A stretch of 64,000 bases of DNA from IMG/VR virus record IMGVR_UViG_3300008448_000001, positions 124,001-188,000 of that record; one strand, written 5' to 3'. Each line of letters begins with the position of its first letter. Position 1 is the first letter of the stretch. A program made the position numbers and the translations under genes. This document shows positions 29,921-40,657 of this stretch, one piece after another. The notes beneath the pieces are model-generated. The model searched no databases. It was given only the letters and a program-made list of their open reading frames with translations, and was not told where the DNA came from.

Positions 29921-31567
29921 ATGACTCACCCACGCGGCAGGCAGGCCATAGGCTTAAATCAGCCGCCAAACAGCGGTAACCTATATCCTTTCGTTAATCC
30001 TTCGTCGGACATACAGCAGCTTTTTTCCGACTTCTTTGTGTCTTTCGAAAACAGCTCGGGATCTGTCAAGTACCCGCTCAAGGTAGCCTGGCTTTACGGC
30101 TTCGGTTCCAACAGTGTTTCGCCTTTCCCTGGAAGACCTACGCCGTCGCACGCTTACGACCTGATCGTGGAAGATGCGAACGGGGAGATTGTCTTTGACT
30201 CGACCGAGGCTTCCGTTTACAAAGTAGTCGACTGGGATTCTCGTCTGCGGGTCATCGAGTGGGAAAGCAACATGGCTGTTTGTCGTTGCGTGATTCACAC
30301 GCAGTGGACGCAGGAAGATGTCACAGACGGCTTAGCAATCACGTACGACGACAACATAGAACCGGAAAACGGGGAGCTTTACGCCGAGTGTGGCTATGAA
30401 TTGCCGCGTCGCGTGAAATCCATCCAAATCGGAAACGAGATAGTCACAGCAAAAGCCTTGACCCTGCAAAGCGGCTACAACTTCGCCATGGAAACCGTCT
30501 TGCCGATTGAAGTCGAGTCACCGGCTATCGATCTTTTCGGAGAGGTCGGACTTATTGAAGGGAGTCGCAGGGCTACAAAGATCCAGCTCAGCGCGGAGCC
30601 GGGATCGGGGCTTGGAGTTTTCCCTGGCTGCGTGGACACTGCGACTGTCCTGCGTACCTTGAACAAAGTAAGGTCGGACAGCCACAACAACTTTACGTTG
30701 GACAGCGAAGGTTGCATTCGGCAGCATCGACCATTGTCCCTATCGTCTACAACCCCTAGGGTTTTCAGCTACTCGGCAAGTGCGATGTCGACCTCGCAGG
30801 CTGCGGCCACTATAAAGCTCAGCAACGACTGTCGCAACTGCTGCGACTGCGAGTACTACGCAAGAACCTACCAAGGTTTGAAGCGGCAATGGTCGCTGTA
30901 CAAAGACATAGCGCACACCGCCGAAGAGGCAAGAGATTTTTACCGCGACAACAAAGACCGGTGGCTTGTCGAAAAAGCTATGCGGGAAAAGGACTTCATT
31001 CGCGTCAGCGTGGCAACCGATGCGGATTGCAAGGTGCGGTGGGGCGTGGCGGTATGTAATCCGACAAACTGCTGTCTGATCAATTTGAAAATACAAGTAT
31101 TTTTTCTGCCTTACGTCTTTGGCGGCTTGTCTTATGGCGTCAACGCTTTTCACTGCCCTGACACCTACCTGGAAGGCTCTTCGACGTGCCAAGTGCCTGT
31201 GGCAGTGTCGCCAGAGATATTGGACTCCGAGAATCACGTGCACTTGTACACTGTAGATTACGCCGACCCTCAGTCCATGACGCTTCTCTATGGAAAACAA
31301 TGCTTACCGAGCTGTTACGACGAACCGGGAAACACCAGTGTGGCAATAGCCGTGGTAGCTTACTGGGAAAACCAAGCGCCGGTCGGCAGCCAATGCAAAC
31401 CGGTGACTAATATTGCAACGGACCTCGTGGGTGATATAGTTTCATTCTGCGGTCTTGCTTCAATTCCGGTTCCCACGGAAGTTTACGGGCAGGCTTTGTC
31501 GCAGAAGCGAGAAATGCTCGGAAGCACCAGTAGCTGCTTGTCCTGTAACTGTCAGCCAGAGATATAG
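29921..31567 (+). CDS. Cys-rich virion protein, paralog 2
   Basis: GNLYPF; LRTLNKVRSDSHNNFTL; CRNCCDC. Confidence 0.65.
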   Translation: MTHPRGRQAIGLNQPPNSGNLYPFVNPSSDIQQLFSDFFVSFENSSGSVKYPLKVAWLYGFGSNSVSPFPGRPTPSHAYDLIVEDANGEIVFDSTEASVYKVVDWDSRLRVIEWESNMAVCRCVIHTQWTQEDVTDGLAITYDDNIEPENGELYAECGYELPRRVKSIQIGNEIVTAKALTLQSGYNFAMETVLPIEVESPAIDLFGEVGLIEGSRRATKIQLSAEPGSGLGVFPGCVDTATVLRTLNKVRSDSHNNFTLDSEGCIRQHRPLSLSSTTPRVFSYSASAMSTSQAAATIKLSNDCRNCCDCEYYARTYQGLKRQWSLYKDIAHTAEEARDFYRDNKDRWLVEKAMREKDFIRVSVATDADCKVRWGVAVCNPTNCCLINLKIQVFFLPYVFGGLSYGVNAFHCPDTYLEGSSTCQVPVAVSPEILDSENHVHLYTVDYADPQSMTLLYGKQCLPSCYDEPGNTSVAIAVVAYWENQAPVGSQCKPVTNIATDLVGDIVSFCGLASIPVPTEVYGQALSQKREMLGSTSSCLSCNCQPEI

Positions 31568-31569
31568 GC

Positions 31570-33258
31570 GTGATACGAAACAACCATTGGTACAACCTCA
31601 ACGAGCAAAACGCCTACCCTGTCGACGACACGGCTTCGTGCCTGTCGAACGCCGGTTTAAGACTGCCCTCGGCTATCGTTGCAGACTTGCAGCTACGTTG
31701 GCCACGTGAGCTCGGTAAATACGCTTTTATAAGTGCTGTCACGTGCGGCGAAGAGATAGTCACGCTGCTGATTGAAACCGCGGAGCAGCTTGACAACTCC
31801 GGCGGGCAAAGCAGGTTAATTGCCGGGATATCGCTTGGACGATCCGAGCTCACGGCTTACCGCACCTACAAACTGGATGCATTCGAGAAAGGTGTTGCAG
31901 GTTTTATTGCTTTCGGTGCTGGCACTTCGGAGCTTTTCCGTGGCGTCTTCAGCTCTCCGTTGCAGTCCCTGCTGACCGCAAGAGCCGCTCGTCCGATCCG
32001 CAAGCCACCTGTCGAAACGCTTGGAATAGCAAACGTTGAAAGCGTTTTGGCCGGTGTTGTCCGTCTGGCCACCGAGCAGCCGCTGGAAATCGTACGCGAA
32101 CCTCGAATAATCAACGGCGTTGCATACGATAACGTTATTGTTTTTCGGCTGCGAGAACCTCCGTCCGACACAACCGTCCAAAACGTACAGTCTGTTTTTT
32201 CGCAGTTCGCCGGACCTTGTGGACGCCGTGTCGGCTCAAGGTCTTGCGTCGACCCGCAACCTATCGAAACGATAAATGGGCTTGCTCCGGATTGCGATGG
32301 AATTTTCACCTTGGATTTCCAAGGATGTGCCGTCGTGGGTAAGAACACTGCGGACTGCGGCGTAGTCGTAGATTGTCAACGCGGTTTGTCCGATACGTGT
32401 GCGCCTCCATTTTTGCCTGACCTGGCAACAGGTAAGCTGCCGTCTGAAGTGCCACCGGTTATTATTCCTCCACCGCAGCCTCCCGAGCCGCCGGTACCTC
32501 CGGATACTAGCATTAGCGACTCCATGAGCACCTTGCTGTCGCTGCCTTACTGCGATACGTTTGATGACGGTTTCGCTTACAGCTTCTCGCCTATGGATTC
32601 GTCCACTTGGGGCATGAGCAACGATGACAGCCCGGGCGAGGCCTACTGCTGCGTTGGACCGCCGCCCAACTTCACCGCTTACGGCTGCGACTCGTCGTTA
32701 AGCGCGAGTCAGTCTTTCTCGGTCGGCCTTTCGTCTTACAGCTACGGCACAGCCAATCTTCCAAGCCTGTCGAAAACGAATCTGTCGCTTTTCACGTTAG
32801 ACGTGCAGTCGCTGTATCGGCGTTACACGACGGACTTCAAAGTGATTGCTTTGAACCCGACAGGTCAGCTCAATGCAGGTATTGTCGTCAATTACAGGAT
32901 AAACAGCGCGGACTTGCACACATACGTCTTCGCAGCCTTGGACGTGACTAACAAAACGTTCGGAGTGTACTTCTTCAACGGAATCAACGCCGTTCCGCTG
33001 TCGACCGTTGCCGTTCCTTTGGCTTCCGTCGACGAATGGTACCGCTTGGAATTTACAGTCGTCCCGAATGAATTAACGCGTACGAGCGTCAACCTGCAAG
33101 CCGTACTCAAAGGGGTTGTAAACCCGGCAATTGACGTTGCTATTGCTACCAGTTTGTCCGGTACGCTCTGGGAACAAGACGCCGGAAATGCAGGGTTTTA
33201 CACGCGACGTTCCGCAAGCTATTTCTCCTACTGGCGAGTTGACGAGGCTATTCCGTGA
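31570..33258 (+). CDS. Cys-rich virion protein, paralog 3, with C-terminal beta-sandwich
   Basis: NEQNAYPV; IETINGLAPDCDGIFTL; Pro-rich linker. Confidence 0.65.
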   Translation: MIRNNHWYNLNEQNAYPVDDTASCLSNAGLRLPSAIVADLQLRWPRELGKYAFISAVTCGEEIVTLLIETAEQLDNSGGQSRLIAGISLGRSELTAYRTYKLDAFEKGVAGFIAFGAGTSELFRGVFSSPLQSLLTARAARPIRKPPVETLGIANVESVLAGVVRLATEQPLEIVREPRIINGVAYDNVIVFRLREPPSDTTVQNVQSVFSQFAGPCGRRVGSRSCVDPQPIETINGLAPDCDGIFTLDFQGCAVVGKNTADCGVVVDCQRGLSDTCAPPFLPDLATGKLPSEVPPVIIPPPQPPEPPVPPDTSISDSMSTLLSLPYCDTFDDGFAYSFSPMDSSTWGMSNDDSPGEAYCCVGPPPNFTAYGCDSSLSASQSFSVGLSSYSYGTANLPSLSKTNLSLFTLDVQSLYRRYTTDFKVIALNPTGQLNAGIVVNYRINSADLHTYVFAALDVTNKTFGVYFFNGINAVPLSTVAVPLASVDEWYRLEFTVVPNELTRTSVNLQAVLKGVVNPAIDVAIATSLSGTLWEQDAGNAGFYTRRSASYFSYWRVDEAIP

Positions 33259-34058
33259 CAGACATTCGGCACGCAGAACTAATTCGTTCGCTGAGAGAAA
33301 CCAAGTACCCGTTTGTACCGACCGCGAGTTTGAGCAACGGGAGTGTGTTTTTCGTCGAAGATACCTTCTTGGACGCCCACATTTACGCCGTCGAGGGGTC
33401 GGGGCGTTATTACGTTTCGCAAGTTATCGTGCAGTCGGATAAGTTCGTGCTGTACGTTGGCGACACAGCTTTTCCGTTGCGTTTGAAGGGTGAGGTTAAT
33501 CTCCCCATTTCAACGGGTTCTATCCGCCTCACGGACGAGCACGGGAGACCGGCGGGTTTGCTAGTCTCAACTCCCGACAGACTGGCTTTGATCTCCGCCT
33601 GGGGGATTCGAACGCACGTCTTTGAGCAGGGTCAAACGGAGTTTTGTGTTACGTGTCAGGTTCCAGCGGCTTACCCGGGCGTCACGGGCATGCAAACGCC
33701 TGACGGGCAGCTTTCAACGGGCAAAGTTTGGCTTGTGGGTGAAGACGGTGTGGTTCTCCGCACGGATAGCTACATCAACAAACAAGGTGAAGACGTTCCG
33801 GTGGTTCGCGTCGACGTCGTAGGTGATCCTTTGAACTTGCAGAGGTTGTGCAACCCGGCAGACTTGTTCGTTCCAGTTAACCCGATACGTGTCATACGTG
33901 TCGTTAACGGCGATTACACCTACGATTGCTACCCGGACGAACAAGGCAACTTCAACATTCAGATGAACGATGATTTGGCCCCGGATCCTGCGTTAAGAAT
34001 CCGCACTACTGCCGCAGGCATAGTCTTTTCCGTAGAAGGCTCGGTGATCAACAAATAA
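33255..34058 (+). CDS. Virion protein, paralog 4
   Basis: RETKYPF; YPDEQGNFNI. Confidence 0.65.
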   Translation: MTDIRHAELIRSLRETKYPFVPTASLSNGSVFFVEDTFLDAHIYAVEGSGRYYVSQVIVQSDKFVLYVGDTAFPLRLKGEVNLPISTGSIRLTDEHGRPAGLLVSTPDRLALISAWGIRTHVFEQGQTEFCVTCQVPAAYPGVTGMQTPDGQLSTGKVWLVGEDGVVLRTDSYINKQGEDVPVVRVDVVGDPLNLQRLCNPADLFVPVNPIRVIRVVNGDYTYDCYPDEQGNFNIQMNDDLAPDPALRIRTTAAGIVFSVEGSVINK

Positions 34059-34059
34059 A

Positions 34060-35094
34060 ATGCCACGTCCTAACTTTTTCAACGACAACCTGAACCGCGT
34101 CTATCCTTTCAAAGAAGGAAGCTCGGGCGTTAATACGCCTGACTCCGGGCTTTTCGATTTTTACGCTTTGCCGGACAACGTGATAGTTGATTTTGGCGTT
34201 ATCATGGGCCCCGAGTCCGGCTTTGACGCCGAGATCGACGAAGTCTTCTTGTATCGCATCACGCGAGTAAACGCATCGGTATTCGAGTTTGAATTCCGCT
34301 GCACTGCTAGCAATTTGATGCATGCACCACTTATCTTTACCCGTTCGACCACCGCGGAACTATTCGAGACGGAGTTTGTCGAAAGCTTCACGCTTGACGA
34401 GGCGGCAATAAGCCTTTCAATGTCCGGCCAATTACCTGTGTCGACTTCCGACTCCGGTGTCGCGGAAGAATGCGGAGAGCCCCTTTGGTCCGGATTCATG
34501 GTCTCGGGCGACATGCAAAGCCTAGCTGCCCGAATACCAGCAGGCACAAGCCTTACCCGCGAAGACGTCTACTCGGCAATCATTGAACCGTGCCTGATAC
34601 AGAACTTGTACCTAAACCAAGTCGTGTCCGTTAACATCGCGAATTCAGACAGGACGCGAGCTCTTCGCCCGGAGACTTGCCCGCAGAACCAGTGGGACTT
34701 TGACGTCGGTCAGACTTACGTGTACGAAACGTGCTTGACCGGCAATATCAAGTTTAAAGCCGGTTTCAACATGTCTATAAGCCAAGACGTTGCCAGCTCT
34801 ACACTGGTTTTTGCGCCTACGCTCGGTGCGGGAGACGGTCAGCCTTGCGAGGAGATCGCAATCTTCCCTGGAGAAACTCCACCCGTTGGGTCCGATAACG
34901 GCTTGCTTGCAGGTGACTTTTATTGCAATGAAGCCTTGCGTTCGATTAACGGTTTGCAGGGACCGACTTTGACGTTCTTCGGGGAGTCGGGTGTTTCTAT
35001 AATAACGGACGTTGTAAACAAAAAATTAGTCATAGACATCAACTTAGCGGATTTGGCTGTCTGCGATTTTTCATTCAACTCCGTATCACTATAA
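34060..35094 (+). CDS. Virion protein, paralog 5
   Basis: NLNRVYPF; LRSINGLQG. Confidence 0.65.
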   Translation: MPRPNFFNDNLNRVYPFKEGSSGVNTPDSGLFDFYALPDNVIVDFGVIMGPESGFDAEIDEVFLYRITRVNASVFEFEFRCTASNLMHAPLIFTRSTTAELFETEFVESFTLDEAAISLSMSGQLPVSTSDSGVAEECGEPLWSGFMVSGDMQSLAARIPAGTSLTREDVYSAIIEPCLIQNLYLNQVVSVNIANSDRTRALRPETCPQNQWDFDVGQTYVYETCLTGNIKFKAGFNMSISQDVASSTLVFAPTLGAGDGQPCEEIAIFPGETPPVGSDNGLLAGDFYCNEALRSINGLQGPTLTFFGESGVSIITDVVNKKLVIDINLADLAVCDFSFNSVSL

Positions 35095-35104
35095 GGCATA
35101 GGAC

Positions 35105-37882
35105 ATGGCGCCTACGACGCAGTGCCCACAGGGACCGCAGTCACCCGTGTTTGACATCGTCAAATGCGACGTGCCTTGCATTTTCCCTATTCCAGGTGGA
35201 AACTGGCTGATAAACCCACAGGTTCCGCAAGCCCCAGCGGATATCTTTGATTGTCCGTCGCTGCCTGTTCCGTTGCTCGACCCGGATCCAATTTGCCCAA
35301 TTCTTTCCGCCCAAGACGACATCACCACCAACGTGGTACCGATCGGAAGCGAAAGAGTTATTTTTACAGTGACAAAGGGTCAATGCTGCGATTACGTGTT
35401 GAACTTGCAGGTAGACTTTCCCTGTCCGGAAATAACGGGAGAGGCGAACGTCACTACCGTAGGACCTGGCGGAGCACCCTTTGCCAATTTAAACGTCAAC
35501 AAGTCTGGCGATTGCTCCTTTGACATTCAGCTGAACATCGGCTTGCCCAGCCCGCAGCTTGGACCGCAAGGACCGCAAGGACCGCAAGGCCCACAGGGTG
35601 CAGAAGGCCCACAAGGTGCAGAAGGGCCGCAGGGTGCAGAAGGCCCACAAGGACCGCAGGGGCCGGCTGGCCCACAGGGCCCACAAGGCCCGCAAGGTTT
35701 AATCGGACCACAAGGTTTAATCGGACCACAAGGTTTAATCGGACCGCAAGGAGCGGAGGGACCTCAAGGTACGGCAGGCCCGCAAGGTACACCCGGCCCT
35801 CAAGGCCCAATAGGCCCTGACGGTAATCCCGGGCCCGACGGCAATCCTGGGCCTGACGGTAACCCTGGACCGGACGGCAACCCCGGTCCTGACGGCAATC
35901 CCGGAGACCAAGGACCCCAAGGCGACCGCGGACCCCAAGGTCACCGTGGCCCGCAAGGTTACCCTGGCTACACGGGGGCCACCGGCTATCGTGGACCACA
36001 AGGGTATCGAGGTCCGCAAGGTTATCGCGGCCCTCAAGGATATCGCGGAGCGCAAGGCTACAGAGGTCCGCAAGGCTACAGAGGTCCGCAAGGTTACGAG
36101 GGTCCGCAAGGGCCACAGGGTCCCCAAGGAAAACGCGGCCCACAAGGCTATCGCGGACCACAGGGCCACCGTGGGCCACAGGGTTACCGTGGTGCGGAAG
36201 GCCCGCAAGGCCCTTGTTGCGAGGGATCGACAGGTACCACTGGGCCAACTGGTCCAACCGGTCCTACAGGTCCAACCGGGCCTACGGGTCCAACCGGGCC
36301 GACCACGCCTACTTACGAGTTACTCATCAGTTGGGAATTCAACGATCAACTGACGCCCGAGGTTGACCCGCCAGCCCCGTTAAAGTACGCCGGAGACAGC
36401 GAACTTTTCTACGCGGACCCCGACGCGGAATCGGCAAGGCAACAAGCTTTCTCGTTGCACGGTCAGATTTACTTCAACAACGCTTCGCTGGCTGCGGTCA
36501 CGCACATCTATGTCGAGAAATCAAACTACAACAGCGTAGACATATCCGCGTTGCTCGCCACAGCTAAACCCACCGACACGTTAAAAACTCGCGTGATGTC
36601 CGACGTCAACAAGTTCGGCATTTATCGAGTCTTGGCCGTCACGGAAGAAACAACGCTTTTCGACTACACAGTTGAAGCGATAACAACTAACGGCGCTTAC
36701 ACGTTGCTGGATCAGGTCGTTCTCGAAATTCAACCCACAGGTGCCCAGGGTGCAACGGGTGCGACCGGCCCAACGGGTAGCGGTGTGCCGGCGGGCGGAT
36801 TGACCGGGCAGGTGCTGGCGAAAAACACTGACACAAATTACGACACGGTTTGGATAGACAACTACGCCAAGGAACTACGCGTCACCGTCAAGAACATGTC
36901 CGGCGGTGTCATCAACAAAGGCCAAGCCGTTATGGCCACCGGGGCGACAGGGGATACGATCGAAGTTACTCTGGCAAACGCGGACGGTACTGTTCTTCCA
37001 CGTTACATGCTCGGCATAGCATCTGAAAACATAGCCAGTGAAGCCTCGGGTTACGTTACCCTGATTGGCGACATGCAACACCTGAATACCCTCAGCTACA
37101 CTGTGGGTACGGTGCTGTGGTTGAATCCGAGCACGCCTGGCGGGTTAACGGCGACAGAACCGGCGGCGAGCACTATACGCATGCCGGTGGCCATCGTTAC
37201 GCGGCAGCATGTCGAGAGTGGTCGAATTTATGTCCGCATGTATTTGCAGCAGACGGCTTTGCATGAGCTTTTTGACGTTAAGTTCAGCAGCCTGCAAAAC
37301 GGTAATTACCTTCGCTACGATAGCACGCTTTCGGCTTGGAAGAACGATGCAACCAGTCCCACGGGGGCAACCGGAACACAGGGCGCTACAGGGGCCACGG
37401 GCCCAGGCACAACAGTAAATGCGACTGCGACAAACACCGACGCCACGTTCTATCCCGTGTTCGTCGCAGCCGCTGGGAGTAACCAGACACCGAGTGTCGA
37501 CACAACGGCACCGTCGCTGAGCTACAACCCGAGCACCGATTTGCTCAACGTTGGCGGTTTGACCGCGAACAAGTACGCAACAGGTACCGGCATAGTTTCG
37601 GTGGTAACGGGTACAACTCGATCGCTGAGCAGTGCGGACAACGGTATTGTCTTAGAGTGCAGCAGCAGTTCGGCAGTGACAGTCACGGTTCCCACCGGGC
37701 TTCCAGTGGGTTTCACACTTACAATAATTCAAACTGGAACAGGTCAAATATCGTTTAGCGCGTCTGGGACCACGATAAACAACCGTCAAAGCCACACCAA
37801 GACCGCCGGGCGATGGGCCGTGGTATCGCTGATTCAACGTAGTACTAACAACTTCATTTTGGCTGGGGACACTGCCGCATAA
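35105..37882 (+). CDS. Collagen-like tail/capsid fibre protein
   Basis: Long Gly-X-Y tract flanked by Cys-rich N-terminus and several fibre-type domains. Confidence 0.85.
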   Translation: MAPTTQCPQGPQSPVFDIVKCDVPCIFPIPGGNWLINPQVPQAPADIFDCPSLPVPLLDPDPICPILSAQDDITTNVVPIGSERVIFTVTKGQCCDYVLNLQVDFPCPEITGEANVTTVGPGGAPFANLNVNKSGDCSFDIQLNIGLPSPQLGPQGPQGPQGPQGAEGPQGAEGPQGAEGPQGPQGPAGPQGPQGPQGLIGPQGLIGPQGLIGPQGAEGPQGTAGPQGTPGPQGPIGPDGNPGPDGNPGPDGNPGPDGNPGPDGNPGDQGPQGDRGPQGHRGPQGYPGYTGATGYRGPQGYRGPQGYRGPQGYRGAQGYRGPQGYRGPQGYEGPQGPQGPQGKRGPQGYRGPQGHRGPQGYRGAEGPQGPCCEGSTGTTGPTGPTGPTGPTGPTGPTGPTTPTYELLISWEFNDQLTPEVDPPAPLKYAGDSELFYADPDAESARQQAFSLHGQIYFNNASLAAVTHIYVEKSNYNSVDISALLATAKPTDTLKTRVMSDVNKFGIYRVLAVTEETTLFDYTVEAITTNGAYTLLDQVVLEIQPTGAQGATGATGPTGSGVPAGGLTGQVLAKNTDTNYDTVWIDNYAKELRVTVKNMSGGVINKGQAVMATGATGDTIEVTLANADGTVLPRYMLGIASENIASEASGYVTLIGDMQHLNTLSYTVGTVLWLNPSTPGGLTATEPAASTIRMPVAIVTRQHVESGRIYVRMYLQQTALHELFDVKFSSLQNGNYLRYDSTLSAWKNDATSPTGATGTQGATGATGPGTTVNATATNTDATFYPVFVAAAGSNQTPSVDTTAPSLSYNPSTDLLNVGGLTANKYATGTGIVSVVTGTTRSLSSADNGIVLECSSSSAVTVTVPTGLPVGFTLTIIQTGTGQISFSASGTTINNRQSHTKTAGRWAVVSLIQRSTNNFILAGDTAA
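35561..36303 (+). repeat. Collagen Gly-X-Y coding repeats in blocks ([30 protein letters not shown])
   Basis: 9 and 18 bp periodic repeats with synonymous variation. Confidence 0.95.
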
Positions 37883-38301
37883 TGATTCCCTTTTCTGGTT
37901 TCTTTAACTCGCATCCACCGGCGACTACGGGGCCTACGGGCACGGACTGGGCCAATTTGACCTACAGCTACGGAACAGCTAGCAGCAACATAACCAGTCG
38001 GCAGCTGGCTTCGGCGATCACGCTTAAGGTTGTCAATCTGACGAACCCGTCGGCCATCCAACTTTTCTACAGCATCTCCGCGACCGAAGTCACCGGCAGT
38101 CAGTTCGGTTTACCGTTCTCTCCCCCGTGGGATCCAGTTGCGGCCAGCCCCGGAAGCACTTTCTCCGTTTCGGCAGGGCAGTGGGTCAGCTTCACTTGTT
38201 ACAGCGATTCTCTCGCAACAGTGGCACCGCAAACCATCGAAGTCCGAAACAATGCAGACAACACGCTTATCGACACTTTCACTATCCAAGTGACAGCTTA
38301 A
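37882..38301 (+). CDS. Fibre-associated small protein
   Basis: TAATG coupling to fibre gene; S/T-rich beta protein. Confidence 0.6.
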   Translation: MIPFSGFFNSHPPATTGPTGTDWANLTYSYGTASSNITSRQLASAITLKVVNLTNPSAIQLFYSISATEVTGSQFGLPFSPPWDPVAASPGSTFSVSAGQWVSFTCYSDSLATVAPQTIEVRNNADNTLIDTFTIQVTA

Positions 38302-38311
38302 AACCAGTCAC

Positions 38312-38339
38312 TTGCAACGGCGACTGCGTCTGCTAAAGT
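38312..38339 (+). promoter_or_regulatory. Possible sigma-70 promoter
   Basis: TTGCAA-16 nt-TAAAGT with TGn extended -10, in intergenic gap. Confidence 0.3.
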
Positions 38340-38362
38340 GAATCTTTTCACGGGAGTTCTAC

Positions 38363-38701
38363 ATGCTAGATCTAGTGTTAGAAGTGGATCTTCGCGATCC
38401 AACAGAAGTTGATACCGTTAAAGCGTATTGCGTGCTTACGGAAATCAGCCTTAAACTGGATACGAAAGACGTTTGTTGCGTCTTCACCTGCTGGAAAAGC
38501 CTGGAAGCGAGAACGCACGGCTGTAAACCTTTTGCGGTTTTACCTGTTGTAGTCGAGCAAGATGCGGTTCTCCGCGCAGTATTCGACCGCCACTTTGAAG
38601 GCCTAACCGCGATGTGCGATGAACTGGTGCAGTCCTTAAGACAACCGGAAAAGAAAGCAAGGATAGAACAGAATGCCAGAAAAAATACCGTTGGTGCTTA
38701 A
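38363..38701 (+). CDS. Hypothetical protein
   Basis: GGGAG RBS; 112 aa. Confidence 0.6.
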   Translation: MLDLVLEVDLRDPTEVDTVKAYCVLTEISLKLDTKDVCCVFTCWKSLEARTHGCKPFAVLPVVVEQDAVLRAVFDRHFEGLTAMCDELVQSLRQPEKKARIEQNARKNTVGA

Positions 38702-40655
38702 ACACGGTCACCCGCACGCCATGGGTGATACGATTCTTTTTACTTCCATTGTGCGGGATCTGCACGCGGCCTACCCTGGAAAATACGAGACCGAGGTTGT
38801 TACAAATTTTACGAACGTGTGGTGGAACAATCCGCACGTTGTGAAGCTTTCCGCCTCGCAACGATCCTTAGCACGAATTGTCACGATGGACTGGGGAAAA
38901 GCAATCAAGCAGCACGCGATCGACGAAAAGGGAAACAAGCGGCACATACTCTCCTGGTACCACCATAACTTCGAAGAGAAGACCGGAATAAGGGTTCCCG
39001 TCACGAAGCCTAAAGCAGACTTGTATCTGTCGGACGACGAAAAGACACGTCGTTTGGCCGGAAGGTACTGGGTGGTCGTATCGGGCGGTAAACTCGACGC
39101 CACAGTAAAACACTGGCACGCTCACCGCATGCAAGAAGTCATCGACAAACTTAAAGCTGAAGGAATAAGCTGTGTGCAAGTGGGTGCAACACAAACCAAT
39201 CACGTTCACCCGCCACTGGAGCGAACGCTCAACCTCATCGGGCAGACGGATAATGTCCGGGACTTGTGGAACATCATATTGCATGCGGACGGCGTGATAT
39301 GCGGCATCACGGGTGCAATGCACATAGCCGCCGCGTTCGACAAGCCTTGCGTGGTGTACGCGGGAGGGAGGGAGGACCCTTGGTTCGAAGCCTACACGAA
39401 TGAGTACAAAGCCTTCGGGCCGGAAGCTTCGGCAGTCAATGTGCCGCATCGTTACCTGCACACCGTGGGCAAGCTACCGTGCTGCGAAACGTACGGGTGC
39501 TGGAGAAACAGGGTAGTTCCACTGGATCCTTCCGACAGGAACCGGAAGGTACATTTGCTTTGTCAAAATCCCGTGAAACCGGTTGAAACCCATCCCGTGG
39601 CCGGCTGCCAGGACTTGATACTACCCGCTGACGTGGTTTCGGCTGTGATGTCTTACTATTCCGATGGCACGATTCCGGCGGTCGATAAGTCTTCCGTTGT
39701 AAGCCAGAGTCTTCAAGTACCGGTTGTTGAGCTGGTGGAGTACAAGGAATCCCCTGTGCAGCTTATACGTGAACCGTCACGGCCCGAGGTACCGCAGAAG
39801 CAGCACCAGATGTCGCACCCCTTGGAGCTCAAGGCGAATCATACGGGACGAATCGCAAAGACAATTCAAGGCATAGATGATCCGGCAATTGGCGGAAAGG
39901 TCACGATCTTCGTTCTGTGCTACGGTCCGTACACGTCTCTTGCGACGCGTTGCATCGACGGCATACTTCGAACGGTGCCTGCCGACAAGCTGGACCTTCG
40001 CGTTGCGACTAATCAAGTGCCCAAGTCCACCTTGAATTACTTGAAAACAACACCTGCTACGAAAATCTACGAGCACAGTGCTAACGACTTCAAGTACCCG
40101 GTAATGCGGCAAATGTTTTACGACGAAGAGCACCCGATTAAGACCGAGTACATGGTCTGGTTCGATGACGACACGTGGATTTCTAACCCTGCTTGGCTCA
40201 GCGACCTGTGCACGACCATTGCTGCAAATCATAAAAACGGCTTTAGACTTTACGGCAACATGATGTTCCACGATCTCGGCATTTACGCGAACGCCGGCTA
40301 CCGTCCAGACAGCTGGTTCAAAGGAGCGACCTGGCATAAAGGCAAACCACTTAGATCGAAAACTGGCGGCGAGGATGTTTCGAACGGATCCGTAATTGAT
40401 TTCGCGGTCGGATGGTGTTGGGCGCTGCACACGCAGACGATGCGACAGGCGGACATTCCCGACTGCCGGCTGCTTCACAACGGCGGCGACATTACAATCG
40501 GCGAGCAGTTGCACCAGACCGGCTACGGTATAAAGCAATGGAACAAAAACAAAAGTCTTGTTGCCTGTCCGTCTCGCGAGCAAGGCGGAAGACGAGGGGC
40601 AAGTCAGCGTTTTCCGTGGGACCCTAAATTCGAGATGTCACAAATTAGGCGATAA
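38673..40655 (+). CDS. Bifunctional glycosyltransferase (GT9-like GT-B domain fused to GT2-like GT-A domain)
   Basis: AMGDTIL...LIGQTD...ITGAMHIAAAFDKP (GT9 signature); VTIFVLCY...VWFDDDTW (GT-A DxD). Confidence 0.85.
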   Translation: MPEKIPLVLKHGHPHAMGDTILFTSIVRDLHAAYPGKYETEVVTNFTNVWWNNPHVVKLSASQRSLARIVTMDWGKAIKQHAIDEKGNKRHILSWYHHNFEEKTGIRVPVTKPKADLYLSDDEKTRRLAGRYWVVVSGGKLDATVKHWHAHRMQEVIDKLKAEGISCVQVGATQTNHVHPPLERTLNLIGQTDNVRDLWNIILHADGVICGITGAMHIAAAFDKPCVVYAGGREDPWFEAYTNEYKAFGPEASAVNVPHRYLHTVGKLPCCETYGCWRNRVVPLDPSDRNRKVHLLCQNPVKPVETHPVAGCQDLILPADVVSAVMSYYSDGTIPAVDKSSVVSQSLQVPVVELVEYKESPVQLIREPSRPEVPQKQHQMSHPLELKANHTGRIAKTIQGIDDPAIGGKVTIFVLCYGPYTSLATRCIDGILRTVPADKLDLRVATNQVPKSTLNYLKTTPATKIYEHSANDFKYPVMRQMFYDEEHPIKTEYMVWFDDDTWISNPAWLSDLCTTIAANHKNGFRLYGNMMFHDLGIYANAGYRPDSWFKGATWHKGKPLRSKTGGEDVSNGSVIDFAVGWCWALHTQTMRQADIPDCRLLHNGGDITIGEQLHQTGYGIKQWNKNKSLVACPSREQGGRRGASQRFPWDPKFEMSQIRR

Positions 40656-40657
40656 AC

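Noticed and set aside
35496-36257. Long antisense and alternate-frame ORFs over collagen (also over sheath and pentapeptide genes)
   Set aside because: Explained by repeat periodicity and codon bias of the + strand genes
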